Below, in pieces: positions 40,127 to 54,040 of a stretch of DNA of 64,000 bases; the first letter of the stretch is position 1; every line of letters starts with the position of its first letter. This stretch comes from Trichosphaerium sp. ATCC 40318 (lineage: Eukaryota; Protista; Tubulinea), in NCBI GenBank assembly GCA_038496445.1, contig JALMLS010000213.1, forward strand, positions 1-64,000, given 5' to 3'. The notes under the pieces are model-generated. The model was not told the origin of the DNA. It searched no databases and was given only the letters and a program-made list of their open reading frames with translations. The position numbers and the translations under genes were made by a program.

Positions 40127-41569
40127 TCAAAAAGTTTCTGGAGGTCGGTCTCTATCATATGGGGTTAGGTACAGTGGCAGAAAATTATCTAGCACGGAAC
40201 TCTCAACTTTTGGTATTGACAATGTTATTGTGTACATTTTATCACTGTGTACCTTATCTTCTATGAAAGTCTAGTGACAAATTAATAAATCAACAGGAGG
40301 TAAAGTAAAACCAACGTACTGCTACTTCCAAAAAAGTGCACAATAGACTGATAATTTTTTTCCGGATGTGTGCATAGCGTACAATAGTTGCGATACAGGT
40401 AATACTGCTTAAACTACAACAAATCAATAGATCAAAAGGCAAATAGCATACTTAGGTTCCATCTTGTAATCGTAGGGAATGTTTATCTGATCCTTCATAT
40501 TGTGATATAGAAAAGTAAATTGTACTGCTCCTGTTGATGCATGTTGGATATAGGCGTTACGTATAGCTGTCTTATTGCAATATAATTCGTTCCACTGTGA
40601 AAATTGTGCTCTTGCCCATAGCTCTTCAGCTAAAGAGTACATAAGACAAGAAAACAAACTTAAGTACAATGAACCTACTCAAGTTTGGATACTCCCATTT
40701 GTGACCTGAAATTGCATCAATACATCTCCGCTTCACAAATTCAGGTCCAACTATTTCGTCTGTCCAATATACTGTTACTAGTGTCCTTGTAGATTCAGAT
40801 ACACGTTTGAAATGCTACTAGATGATGAGCAACATCTCACTATGTTACATCGTACCAAGTTACAGTGTTTAAAGTACTTGGCAAATGCCTCTCTACCAAG
40901 CTCTGTATTTAAATATTTTTGGTCTCTCTCGCTACAAATAGGTACTGAGGATTCACCACAATCAGCCTATTATAAATTAGACATGATTAAATATCAGCTA
41001 CACCTACTCTTCGCTTCAGGTAGCCTTGTAGTATTTCCCATAAATCTCGTATTTGTTCAAGAATACCTGTTACAGTAATGACTCCCAACTTATTCCCTAC
41101 ATAGCTGTTATAATGGACAATGTGATTATTGAGCACGTGCCAAAAGGCATATGTATATCTTTCCAAACAATGGGTACACCATAGTATTCTGCTGCAAACC
41201 ACAAACCAGTAGGATCTTCAATACTCGTCATTTCTTCGTTTTTCATCAAACGCAAGATTGTTGGAAGATACTTTGAATGGCTGTTTTGTTCGTTAATGCG
41301 TTGGTTAAAACTATGGCTGCGTAGACGTACCTACATTCCTCCAAAACGGTTGTTATTGATGAATTATCTTGTAGTGATTCAAAATGTACTTTAGACGCAA
41401 AAAGAGATGATGAATACGCGTTGAGACGGTCTTCCGATAGTGTGAAGCTAAAATCACCACATTTAAACTGTATCGAGCTTTCTGTTGGTGTTTTTATTGT
41501 AACAAGTGTTTCAGTAGTTGTATCATTCTTCGGATTCAATTTCCTCTTCTTTTTCCGCGGTTCGGACAT
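40127..41569 (-). CDS. Clade A NLS-BTB family protein (A17)
   Basis: MSEPRKKKRKLNP; EELWARAQFSQW; ends DRPPETF*. Confidence 0.8.
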
Positions 41570-41876
41570 AGCGCTGTTAAAATGTTAATTTGTGTACACT
41601 TGACTTTTAAAAGACTGCTAAGTGCTTAGCGAGGTTAGAATTTCTCATAGCAAAGATCTTTGCCGCACTACATACTATTCAACGCACCCTTGGAAGGTAA
41701 AAGAGGAATCCGTATTCTTCGAACCTTACTAAAAAAAGGAAATGTATACTAGTTTCTGAAAACCAAAAAGAGTACACAAACTGGTGTGCTATGAATTCAT
41801 AGTCCGTTTTACCAGCGTTGAAAAACAAATAATTCTCAAACAACTCATTTTGTTAAGTATCTTTCAGACGTACAAC

Positions 41877-43560
41877 ATGAGCGAACCTGAACATACTAGA
41901 CAAAATGGTACGTTACAAACATACGCCTTTCTAAACGCCTAACTCTAACAGAAAACTCAACCCCTTGGTCACCTGCTTATAACCTTGGGTCTTCGGCCTT
42001 TGGGCCTACCCCACCTCAGTCACCCTGTTGTATTCCCGGAGTGCCTTCTCAACACGCCTCACCCTTGCGAACGGATGATTATCAATCATTGGAACTTTTA
42101 AACGAACGGTACACTTTTCTTGAAATTTCGTCACTCACTTTGATTTGTAGTCAAATAGACAACACACACTATGAAGGCGTAATTTCACCACTGGGTCCAC
42201 CTCCAAGAACACCTGGTCGCCCAGTACTATTCGTTGAACAGGACTTTCACTTTGGACTATTAGAAGGAACACTAGCTACTTATCATACTTCTTACTTTGC
42301 AACATTGTACAACAATGCAAACCAAAACGTGAATGCTGACGGCGAAATTGTACTTCCACCTTCTAAGTACGTTGATTGATTTGCGTATTTGCTGCATTTT
42401 GTAATACTCGAAACAGATTCCATGAACTTCTTGAACAAATTGTACTTCTTATGAAGGATGAATATGACCAACAGATCTTTCCTTACAACCCGGTGTATCT
42501 TGCAGCAATCCATTACGGTATTGACCCTAGAATAATAAAACCTGAGCGTGCGTTATAAAGTCTAATCTTTAGTATTGATAACTTTGCTAGCAACATCAGG
42601 TATGATAGTTAGAGCTAAGATTTACTATTTTGGGCAATTCATAAAAGAGTTGAATGACAGCATGCAGCTAGCAGTACGTTGATTACAAATCCACTATTAA
42701 TACAATATTAACTTGGTACAGGCAGCTAATGGTCATTTTTCGTACACAGAAAGGCTAACTGAACGCAATCCAATTATAACTAATAACTTAGCACTACTGC
42801 AACAATATCTCGCAGGACCTAAGCTCAACCTGGCACGTAATTGAGACAAGCTAACCTTCTAATTCTCTAAAGGCTCTCACGTGTTTACAAGATAACGACG
42901 GCATATACCTTCTTACCATTCATTGGGATGAGTCTAGGTTAGATCAAGAGGATATTTTCAACAGCTACGAGGATATGGTATCAAAAAATTGGCTCAAGTT
43001 TGATGTTCTATGTACATGGCCTTGATCAGGCAAGCGAAGTTAACTTTGTTGTAGGTAAAAGACAATATGCCAAAGCCATACGTGCTCAGTGGGAAGAGGT
43101 AAAACGTCATGACATACATGTTCACGAAGAGTTCTATAACCAAGTATCACCTGACAAACAAAAACTATTTACGCTAGCTCTAATTTATACTCACAATGCT
43201 GAAATGATAAAAAGGCCTCAATACACAGTACCTGTGTACGTACAGTGGTTTAGCTATTCAACTCAGCTTTATGTAGATCAAACACACTTTTCTTTGCAAA
43301 GCAAAAAAAACCAAACAATCTACTGGTAAGGGCAACTATTCACTTATTGAAGTTGCGTGAACATTATCATAAACTCTTAGGCTTTGTATGTGATCAAACC
43401 ACAATCGAAAGCTTATTGTATGTTATAGGACTGTTTAAATGATATTATAGTTGATGAAAAGAGCTGTGTTATGAACTTCCCAGTACCAAAAGTAGAGAAA
43501 GTACAACTATTCATTCAAGAGAGCCATAGCAACCTCAACGTGTATGACATGTGCACCTAA
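41877..43560 (+). CDS. Clade B Pro-rich BTB-like protein
   Basis: MSEPEHTR...; PLGPPPRTPGRPVLFVEQDFHFGL...YHTSYFA; FHELLEQIVLLMK...AAIHYGI; KRQYAKAIRAQW. Confidence 0.68.
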
Positions 43561-43799
43561 TTAGACCGCGTTCTTGTGTGATGAGTGAAATGTAGCATCT
43601 CATAAGAATGTCATGAGTATCGCAAGAGTATCGCTAGTTATATTGTTTGAATCTAGTTTTGAGACGCTTGTAGAAATAAAATGATTTCACTGAATTAGTA
43701 GACATTTGACACTTGACACTTTGACATGTCAAATGAATTATTGTTTGTTGATGGTTCTAGTATTTAATTGCGGGACTTTGTGTTCTAATTGGGAGATTG

Positions 43800-44600
43800 T
43801 TCTAGGTACATTGGCATAAAATCATCAACCATATCTTTACTTACTTTTGGAATTTTTAATGTTATTATCACGTTGTTTTCGCTGTAAACTTTTTCTCCAC
43901 CTGCAGTCTGTGTATTTCGTTAGTACAACATTATTCAACACAAGGTGCCAATAATAATAGTCCTTGTCCAAGCTTAACTGTGGCCTCATTGTAAATACTC
44001 TAAAACGCAAGATCAAATAAGCGAAAATAGCGTTTTTAATACCTCGCACCAGTACTATTCCGTGTAATAGCGTAATTTCGTCAATAACCTCACCTAAAGC
44101 GTAATCGCTTTATTGTGTAAAAATAAGCGCGTTAGCCTTGAAGCAGCGCTATTTCGTATAAGAGCATAATTACACCTAAAGCGTTTAAATTTTACTACGC
44201 ACTAACGCTCTCAAGTTTGTTATTTGGAGCTTTATCGTTCCAAACAATGGGTACGCCATAGTATTCAGCTGCAAACCACAGATTGGAGGGGCTTTAATAC
44301 TCTTCTGTTCTTCGTTTTTATCAACCTCGCAATAGTAGGAAGATGCTTTGAGTGTCTGATCGTTGCAAAAGTACTAAAACGTGCTCGATTTTAACATCAC
44401 AAACGCACATTCCTCCAAAGCGTTTTTGCAGATGAATTATCTTGTAGTGATTCATAATGTACTTTGGAGGCGAAAAGAGATGATGAATGTGCGTTGAGAA
44501 GGTCCTTTGATAGTGGAAGCTAAAATCACCACATTTAAACTGTATTGATGTTTCTGAGCTTTCTGTTGTTTCGCTAGATTCAATTTCCTCTTCTTCCCAC
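43800..44600 (-). pseudogene. Inverted relic of gene A19 (54041) with exons 3-7 replaced by unrelated sequence (A18)
   Basis: 44230-44560 resembles exons 1-2 (EEQKSIK...WFAAEYYGV, frameshifted). 43800-43935 is the reverse complement of the A19 last exon/intron (~55405-55540). Confidence 0.8.
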
Positions 44601-44741
44601 GAAATGTTGTCTGTATTAACTGCTAACGCAATATAGTTCTTTATGTTAATTACCATATAGTCAATTAAAACTACAATAATGTTTGTTAAAAAAAGAACAC
44701 GTTGTTTTGCTAATGATAGACTATATTGCTACTGGACATGT

Positions 44742-47700
44742 TTATGATGTTACAATGTAGTTGATATTCTCATAAGTATGCACTCTTTCATTGTCTCTAC
44801 ATATATCCTCGTCAATAGCCACATTGATTTGTACTGATGTTTGTCTAATATCACCACGTGTGTAAATGGTTGGCCAACTAATACAAGTTAATTACGTGTT
44901 GGTTTAACAAGCATCTCACCCTCCTTCTGAATCGAACATGCCAGCAGATGAAGCGATTACTAGTGTATCAGTAGATGTGACTGGTAAGAATACGGTGATC
45001 GGTATAGGGGCGGTATCCATTGATTTAACAAGTCGTACATTAGTATTTTCGGCAGCGTATGATACAGTTCTACCTCCTTGTGTATTAAATGTACCACTAC
45101 TTGCATCTATGATTATAACACCAAGAGTCTCAGTATATCTCATGCGATTCGTATCTTCACCAACGTGTTTACCAACATTGATTTCGTACCTGTCAGGTGG
45201 AGAACGTGAAAAGCTTCCTGAAGCCCAAAAAGAACTCCATCGCTGATCATTGGCTGTCATTACTTGCCCAAGTACAACAGGATTGAAGTATTGGCGTGTT
45301 TCAAGTTGTTCTCTTTGAGACCAGGAACTATCAAAAGCGGTTGTAGCTGACTCTACTGTTCTCGCTTCCATTTGAATGCCATGAGTATTCTACAAAACGA
45401 GTAAGTGTTGCTAATAGTTGACACTTGTAACAACGAACGTAAGTGTAAACGCCTTCTTCAACTATGATGCAAAATACATTTGTTTCAGGTGCAATATCTC
45501 CTTGGCCAGCAATTTGTACCCGCAATCTTATGCGAGATGAGTTGATTGGATCAACTCGAACTACTCTAGGTTCTCCAGAAGTGTATGAAGGTGTACAAAC
45601 AACGACCTGTTTAGTAGCAAGTTAGAATCATTGATAGTCTTTGTTGATATGTACCATTTTGTTGAAAATTGAGTTAAGGTTGAACGTGCGCCAGTCATTT
45701 GTCAATGTGGTTCTAAGTTCTTGATAGTTTATCGCTGTCAGTCCACAGTTCAACGGAAAGTCAACGTTGGCTACACTGTTGTCTAAAGCATAAATTAGAC
45801 ATAATTTGAGAGGTGTCAACATGCCTCCAAAGAGGATGGAACTTTGACCACCAACAGGCGCTTGGAGAGTATCAATCTTAATATTGTCAATGTGCGCTTG
45901 TCCTTCAAGTAGTTGGAATTGTATTTGAAGGAACTCAATATCAGAAACAACTTGGCTTGTTGTCTGCAATAAATTACCAGCTACATACAGACGAACATGA
46001 TTCAACTGTACAAACATAAGTAAAATCAAGTAAATGGAGTATGGAGTGGAGGTACATTTTCATCCCGATCAATGGTAAACAGCTGCCAGTTGAGAAAACT
46101 TGACAAAGGGAAGAGCGAAGGTGGTACAACAGAAGCGCCACGCAGCTGTGCATTCACAAAGCCATCCTTGGCAAGTGTAAACGTCATATCTGTTCCTGTC
46201 CCAAGCCTGAGACGAAAGAATGAACCCACTATGGCCACTAAATTAAAGTTACCAAAGTGTCAAGAGTTTAGTTGACTAAAAAGCAAGGTACTTGTGTCCG
46301 TAAACCTGAAATAGAAAGATGCCAATACTCTACGGGTTGGTATCTCAACTGAAGGCCCAATGTTAACATGCACAATAGGTAATGTTGTATTGCCAACAGC
46401 GAGATATTTCAATCCCTAGCATATTGTTTGTGTCTTCTTTATATCAAAACATATTTGTGAGGTTTAAAGTGTACCTGTGCAGCATCTCCTTCGACAACAT
46501 TTACAAAATCATTATCAAACGCTCGTCCTAAAGGCATCGATTCAAAGTCATTTGAAATCGGGAAAGGAACAACTGCTCTCTTTGCAATCTCCTGCCTTGC
46601 CATCTCGGAATCATATACATCTTGTTGTGGAATAACAACACTTGGATTATTAGCGTGTAATATGGTTTTTTTAAAGCAACGCACGGTGCTCCAACACTTT
46701 CAGTTATACCAAATTCTTCAATTTGGTTATCGAGCGAGGCGATTGACTTGTAAAACTGGACTTTATCTATATGGTACCTGTGATAATGTGTTAATGGCAA
46801 GCTGGTCTGATTTGCAAAATGGCGTACCTTAATTTCAACAGTCTTTTTAGACCAGTAGCTTTAAATCCGTTGGTTGTGATCTTTATATCGTGAGTCAAGC
46901 CACTAAAAAAGTTCAGTAGTTTTAAAAATATGTTCGCCAATGAAAAATCTCGTACAGGCAATAAAGTAGCTGTAGTTCAATTGCAGCTTCTAAGTTCCCT
47001 CTAATGAGTAATGCTTGTACATATTCTTTACCCATTTCAATTTTTGAAACAGCCTACAGTTAACTGTTAGAGTAACCCGAAAAAAAAAGCAAAAAAACAA
47101 AGTAGTAAACTCAAACGTACTGGTAGATGACTGCCAGGGCGAACATGAGTAGGACCAGATCTGATCACTTGCGCTTCAGTCTTGTTATCTAGAACTTCTT
47201 TAGTTTTTTGCACAGAGTACGGAAGTTCTTACCAGACAATATTGTTCTAACGTGAATACTCAAATCATCAACTATGTTGTGTCACGTGATTGTTTGTTTA
47301 CATTTTAGAAACATGAAATGCAGAACTTCTTTGTTTGTTTTTGTGACAGTGTACCTTGAACACCATTGACAATAACGTTGGGGAGATCCTTTGTAACAAA
47401 GGTCTGGATTGTTGTTCTAGCGCGTTCGAAAACTTGCACCTAAAAACTGTTGGTTCGCTTTCTTTTTTTCATACTTAAAAAACTGAGTAAACGGCAAATA
47501 TAAGCAATAAATATCTCGCATAAATCTGTTGTTAGGTGTGTTCAAAAGTTGACGTTGTTTTAAAGAGCGTACTATTTCACCTTGTGTTGCTAGTTCTGGT
47601 GAGAATATGTATGATATCTCGAATGTGTCTTCACTGAACAAGTTTTTTTTAGACGAGCAAGAAGTACTTCTGCTATCCTACATAACAAACGCCAAGCATA

Positions 47701-48076
47701 AATACAAAAACAACAACTACGTCTGTAATGTTTGAATTTATAAAAAAAAACACTCACCACAATCACCGGGTAGCTCTGTCCTCCTTCCAAATTGTTGAAA
47801 GTCGCAATACCATCAATGTCTTTGTAGTTTGTTAAGCAAATTCAATCCAAGTTTCGTACTTGTTGTTGCTAACTCCTCGTTACCATCACAATTACCATCA
47901 AGCTTGGTATCAATGCAAACACCTGCATCCTCTACACCAGGTTCATCGTTTTCTTGTACACCATTGCCATTGATGTCATTGTAGACATTAACGTCTATCC
48001 TAGCACCTTGTACGTTTCTAGAAATACATAGAGCAAGTATTATTGTTATTAGGGCAATAAGAGACATTGCGTTCAT
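44742..48076 (-). CDS. Secreted multi-exon protein, copy S1: signal peptide, SdrD-B/Cna-B-like N-terminus, beta-rich C-terminal domain
   Basis: MNAMSLIALITIILALCISRNVQGA signal-like; VYNDINGNGVQENDEPGVEDA; YFNPVVLGQVMTANDQRWSSFW...VGKHVGED; ends AIDEDICRDNERVHTYENINYIVTS*. Confidence 0.75.
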
Positions 48077-48447
48077 GTTGTATGAAGAAATGACAACACA
48101 AAAAGTGAACAGTACTTATTTTTGTTATGACATAACTAGCCAGTCAAATATACGACGTATGATTTAGTTGGCGGAGTAGTTTTTTTACATGGCAATCTCA
48201 ATGAGATGCTATCTCTTTGGGGAAGTTCCTCATTTATTCAAAACGCACCAGACGCTTGACCCATATTTGATAACATTTAGTACAACCTAAACCAAAGCTA
48301 TGTTACAATGGCAATACTTGTCTAGAAGTTATACTGGTGGTCTAGTTGTTACACATAGACCAGGAAAATAGAATTTTACGGAAGCAGTATTTATTACAAC
48401 ATGTAATGTTAGTTGTTGTAGCGTTAATGCTTAAATTTTAAACTTTG

Positions 48448-51400
48448 TTATGATGTTACGAAGTAATTGATATTCTCATAAGTATGCGCTCTTTCATTGT
48501 CTCTACATATATCCTCGTCAATAGCCACATTGATTTGTACTGATGTTTGTCTAACATCACCACATGTGTAAACAATTGGCCACCTTAGAAATACAAGTTA
48601 ATTGTTGCTGATAAAACTTATAACAAAAACGTACCCTCCTTCTGAATCGAACATGCCAGCAGATGAAGCGATTACTAATGTATCAGTAGATGTGACTGGT
48701 AAGAACACAGTGATCGGTATAGGGGCGGTATCCATTGATTTAACAAGTCGCACATTAGTATTTTCGGCAGCGTATGAAACAGTTCTACCTCCTTGTGTAT
48801 CAAATGTACCACTACTTGCATCTATGATTATAACACCAAGAGTCTCAGTATATCTCATGCGATTCGTATCTTCACCGACATGTTTACCAACATTGATTTC
48901 GTACCTGTCAGGTGGAGAACGTGAAAAGCTTCCTGAAGCCCAAAAAGAACTCCATCGCTGATCATTGGCTGTCATTACTTGTCCAAGTACAACAGGATTG
49001 AAGTATTGGCGTGTTTCAAGTTGTTCTCTTTGAGACCAGGAACTATCAAAAGCGGTCGTAGCTGACTCTACTGTTCTCGCTTCCATTTGAATGCCATGAG
49101 TATTCTTAAAAAAAGGAGTGAGTGTTGCTACTAGTTGACGCTTGTAAGAACGAACATAAGTGTAAACGCCTTCTTCAACTATGATGCAAAATACATTTGT
49201 TTCAGGTGCAATATATCCTGGCCAGCAATTTGTACCCGCAATCTTATGCGAGATGAGTTGATTGGATCAACTCTAACTACTCTAGGTTCTTCAGAAGTGT
49301 ATGAAGGTGTACAAACAACAACCTGTTTAGTAGCAAGTTAGAATCATTGATAGTCTTTGTTGTTGATGTACCATTTTGTTAAAAATTGAGTTAAGGTTGA
49401 ACGTGCGCCAGTCATTTGTCAATGTGGTTCTAAGTTCTTGATAGTTTATCGCTGTCAGTCCACAGTTCAACGGAAAGTCAACGTTGGCTACACTGTTGTC
49501 TAAAGCATAAATTAGATGCATAGTTTTAAACAAGTCAACATGCCTGCTAAGAGGATAGGACTTTTACCACCAACTGGAGCTTGGAGAGTATCAATCTTAA
49601 TATCATCGATGTGAGCCTGTCCATCTTGTATTTGAAATTCAATTTGAATAAAATCCATACGAGCAAGGATGTGTACTCCAGTATGCAATACACTACCATC
49701 TACATAAAGCATAACACGACTAACCTTAACGAAACATTAAAATCAAAAATATGGAGGACTGAGATGGTACAAGGTCATCACGTATTATAGTAAATTGCTG
49801 CCAGTCGAGAAAACTTGTGAACGGGAGAATTGAAGGTGGTGAAGTTGGGCCTGGGAAGGAAACATGAACATTGCCATCCCGGGCAATCGCAAACTGTATA
49901 TTTGTTCCTCTACCAATCCTAAGAGTGAAATATGAAAACATGGGTACTAAATTAAATAAATAAACAATAGTACAACGACTGACTAAAAAGCAAGGTACTT
50001 GTGTCCGTAAATCTGAAATAGAAAGATGCCAATACTCTACGAGTTGATATCTCATCTGATGCTATATTAATACGCTTTCTAGGTAATGTTGTATTGCCAA
50101 CAGCGAGATATTTCAATCCCTAATATTGATATTAGTATATCTTCTCTCGTTATCTAACTGTATTTCTTTAAGTTTATAGCGTACCTGTGCAGCATCTCCT
50201 TCGACAACATTTACAAAATCGCTATCAAACGCTCGCCCTAAAGGCATCGATTCAAAGTCATTTGAAACAGGGAAAGGAACAACTGATCTTTTTCCAATCT
50301 CCTGCCTTTCTATCTCGGACTCATATACATCTTGTTGCAGAATAACAACACTTGGATTATTAGCGTGTAATGTGTTTTTTTAAAACAACGCACGGTGCTC
50401 CAACACTTTCAGTTATACCCAATTCTTCAATTTGGTTATCGAGTGAGGCGATTGACTTGTAAAATTGTACTTTATCTACTTGATAGCTATTTGTCGTTAG
50501 TTTTTAGTGTGAGTGATTCACAAAAGATCAAGCCGACTGATTCACAAAAGATCATACCCTAATATTAAAAGTTTTTTCAGAATAGTCGCTCTGAATCCTT
50601 TGGTTGTGATCTTTATATCGTGAGTCAAGCCACTAAAGAAGTTCAGTAGTTTTAAAAATATGTTCGCCAATGAAAAATCTCGTACAGGCAGTAAAGTAGC
50701 TGTAGTTCAATTCCAGCTTCTAAGTTCCCTCTACTAAGTAACGATTGTAAATATTCTTTACCCATTTCAATTTTTGAAACAGCCTACAGTTAACTGTTAG
50801 AGTAACCCAAAAAAAAAAACAAAGTAGTAAACTCAAACGTACTGGTAGATGGCTGCCAGGGCGAACATGAGTAGGACCAGATCTGATCACTTGCGCTTCA
50901 GTCTTGTTATCTAGAACTTCTTTAGTTTTTTGCACAGAGTACGGAAGTTCTTACCAGACAATATAGTTCTGACGTGAATACTCAAATCATCAACTATGTT
51001 GTGTCACGTGATTGTTTGTTTACATTTTAGAAACATGAAATGCAGAACTTCTTTTCTATAGTATACCTTCAATACCATTGACAATAACATTAGGGAGATC
51101 CTTTGTAATGAAGGCCTAGATTGTTGTTCTGGCGCGTTCGAATGCATTGGCCTAAAAAACCGTTTGTGGCAAAGTAGAAAACGTACAAACAGCTTTGATG
51201 TAGCATTAAATATCTCGCATAAATCTTTTGTTCAAAAGTTAACGTTATTTTAAGAGCGTACAATTTCACCTTGTATTGCTAGTTCTGGTGAGAATATGTA
51301 TGATATCTCGAACTGGTCTTCGCTGAAGACGGATTTTTTATTTGAGGAGCAAGAAGTACTTCTGCTATCCTACATGGCAAAGTTGTATTAATACCAACAA

Positions 51401-51747
51401 CCACCTCTTTTTTATAAAAAAACACTCACTACAATTACCGGGTAGCTTTGCCCTCCTTCCAAATTGTTGAAAGTCGCAGTACCATCAATGTCTTTGTAGT
51501 TTTGTTAAGAAGCAAAATTCAATCCAAGTTTCGTACTTGTTGTTGCTAAATCCTCGTTACCATCACAATTACCATCAAGATTGGTATCAATGCAAACATA
51601 TGCATCCTCTACGCCAGGTTCATCGTTTTCTAGTACACCATTGCCATTGATGTCATTGTAGACGTTAACGCCTATCCTAGCACCTTGTACGTTTCCAGAA
51701 AGACATAAAGCAAGTATTACTGTTGTTAGAAGAGCAATAGGAGACAT
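48448..51747 (-). CDS. Secreted multi-exon protein, copy S2 (tandem paralogue of S1)
   Basis: MSPIALLTTVILALCLSGNVQGA; same exon series; C-terminal exons nearly identical to S1. Confidence 0.75.
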
Positions 51748-52435
51748 TGTGGTGTTATTGTTGTTGTTAAGCTTTAAGAAATGTAACATAAAAAGTGAAC
51801 AGTACTTATTTTAGTTGTGATATTCTAGTCACACGAACATGGAAAAATAGAGGATTAGGAGTTAGTTTCGTTTCTTGGGTTCTTTTTGCGTTTTTTTAAT
51901 TTAACGAAGCGGTGCAAAATCCAAGTTGTATTAACCGATTTTAGATTTAGCTTCCATTATGCAAAAAATGCGTATAGACTGTGAATTTAAGCGAAAAAAT
52001 AGCGTTAGGTCTATGTTGACACTTTTGTTTAGATAGGAACAGTATTGTTTGTAAATTAAACTAGCTTACGCGTACAGAAATACACTCTCACAGTTCTAGT
52101 GTAGTGTTGAAGTTATTAAATATTGTTTGAAGTTGTCATAGACACTAATTTTGTACTACCGGTAAAATACAGAGCTTGTAGAAGAGCCTGTATCAAAACA
52201 GAACTTATCTTCTTCGAAATAGCTGGCGAAGTGAATTAATATACACAAACCATGCAAGAATAGTAGTTATGGCAGTAGAGCACTGCAGTGTTGCCTTTGT
52301 GTTTTATCTTAATTTGGCAAGGGTAGAAGATCGCTGAAAACGCGCCTAGCACCTTGTAGCAGGGATATATTCGACGGTTACTTATCCAGTGTAATAAGTA
52401 AGCTTAAAACATTCATTTTTTAGGTAGAAGCCGAA

Positions 52436-53902
52436 ATGAGCAACGAACCTCCGAGCAAGAAGAGAAAGTTTTCTCACAACCATGTCTTAAATGGTGTTTT
52501 GCATAAGGATAAAAAGTCCAACTGTTTAGAAACCCCGCAACAGTTTGTCAATGGAAGTTTCCATTTTGAACTCTCCCACGAACTACTCAACAAGCATGCG
52601 CAATCGCTTTTTACAATAGTAAGTAAAGGATTGGGGTCTAAAATGGAACGTGTCTTAAACGAAGAAGGGGAGATTGTATTAATCGAGACAAGGTACGCTG
52701 TTTGTTTTCTTTTCGATTTGTTATAACAAGTCAGATACTCAGAGGCACTCAAAATAATCGTTGCCTTAATGAAAGGGCAACCAATTGACGTCAACTGGAC
52801 CAAAATCTGCGGGGATGTGGTTTTTGCTATGAATTTTTATGGCGTGGACTTCGACTTTAGCGATGAGAGACTTCCTCTAGGTACTGTAGCGTGAATAATA
52901 ATTGGTAACAATTGTTAGGTTTACGCACATGTGTTTATCGTACTACACTGCTCGTACACAAGATCAGAGAGTTGTGGAACACTGTCGATTCATTATTATC
53001 TCGTGAGGTGCGTTTGCTCTGTTGGCCTGTTTAAAAACAAACGCTTCTTAGGCAAAAAAAGGTAATATGAGTTGCTTTCATACCTTGGCAGATAATTCGC
53101 CTTTGTTATCACCTGAAGGATGGGCTGCGTTGATAAGATTTTTTGCAGGATTTACCTATAATCTAGTAAGTTACAGCGGAATAAACCATCTACTCACGAA
53201 ACTAGACTATTGAGCGCATTGGAGAAACTAGGATTAAATTTTTGTGGGACGAAGGTGAGTTATCCCTAGGGAAGCTCTACAGTAACTACGACAATGTACT
53301 ACGTGCCACCAATTGGGAATCTTTGTTTGTCAGCTATCGTACGCCTAGTAGCTAATAATGATTAACCTTTGTTAGGAGAACGTTTGTGGGCATCAACAGT
53401 ACACAGTCAATGGAGTAGGATTACCGATAAAAAGCAAGAAATTCTTGATTCATTCGTGAGGGCATCACAAATGTATCGTGACTACTTCACCGTTTGTGTT
53501 TTACACTCTTTGCCATTGGCGGATGTGTATGAGCCTCTAGTAGCTGATTGCCATCTATTTGTGTATGTACCTTTGTACTACACAATAAATACTAATTGAC
53601 TCTGTAGGCCTAATGCAATGTTTGTAACGGGAAAGCTGATTTACAACATGCATGCTAGACGCTTGGTACAATATTTTGATGACATTTTGGAAAACGTACG
53701 AGTACAAACCTAAACAATTCTAACGTATAAGGCAACACTTGTCTCCAAACACTTGGAAGCAGACGCTGGTTATGAATATCTTGTTGTAAAATTTGCCTTT
53801 GCTACCTTGACTCCTGGACAACAGGATTCATTTTACGAGACCTGTCAAACTGGCGAAGGTGCAAGTTCTTTCATTCAAACGCCTACCAATAGCTGTATAT
53901 GA
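52436..53902 (+). CDS. Clade B NLS-BTB-like protein
   Basis: MSNEPPSKKRKF; FVNGSFHFELSHELLNKHAQSLF; FAMNFYGV; GERLWASTVHSQW; TGA 53900-53902. Confidence 0.72.
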
Positions 53903-54040
53903 CTTAATTAATTAGTACATTAAATAAAAAGTTAGCTAGACGCGGTGTTGTTCAGAGTATTGTTCATTCACGTTTTGTCGAAAACGACATTCGTAATTTT
54001 AGGAGTCAACGTTGTTATGCTAAAAAGTAGTGTTACGCAT

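Noticed and set aside
50513-50554. 17-bp direct repeat tgattcacaaaagatca
   Set aside because: Lies in a predicted S2 intron; simple slippage duplication.
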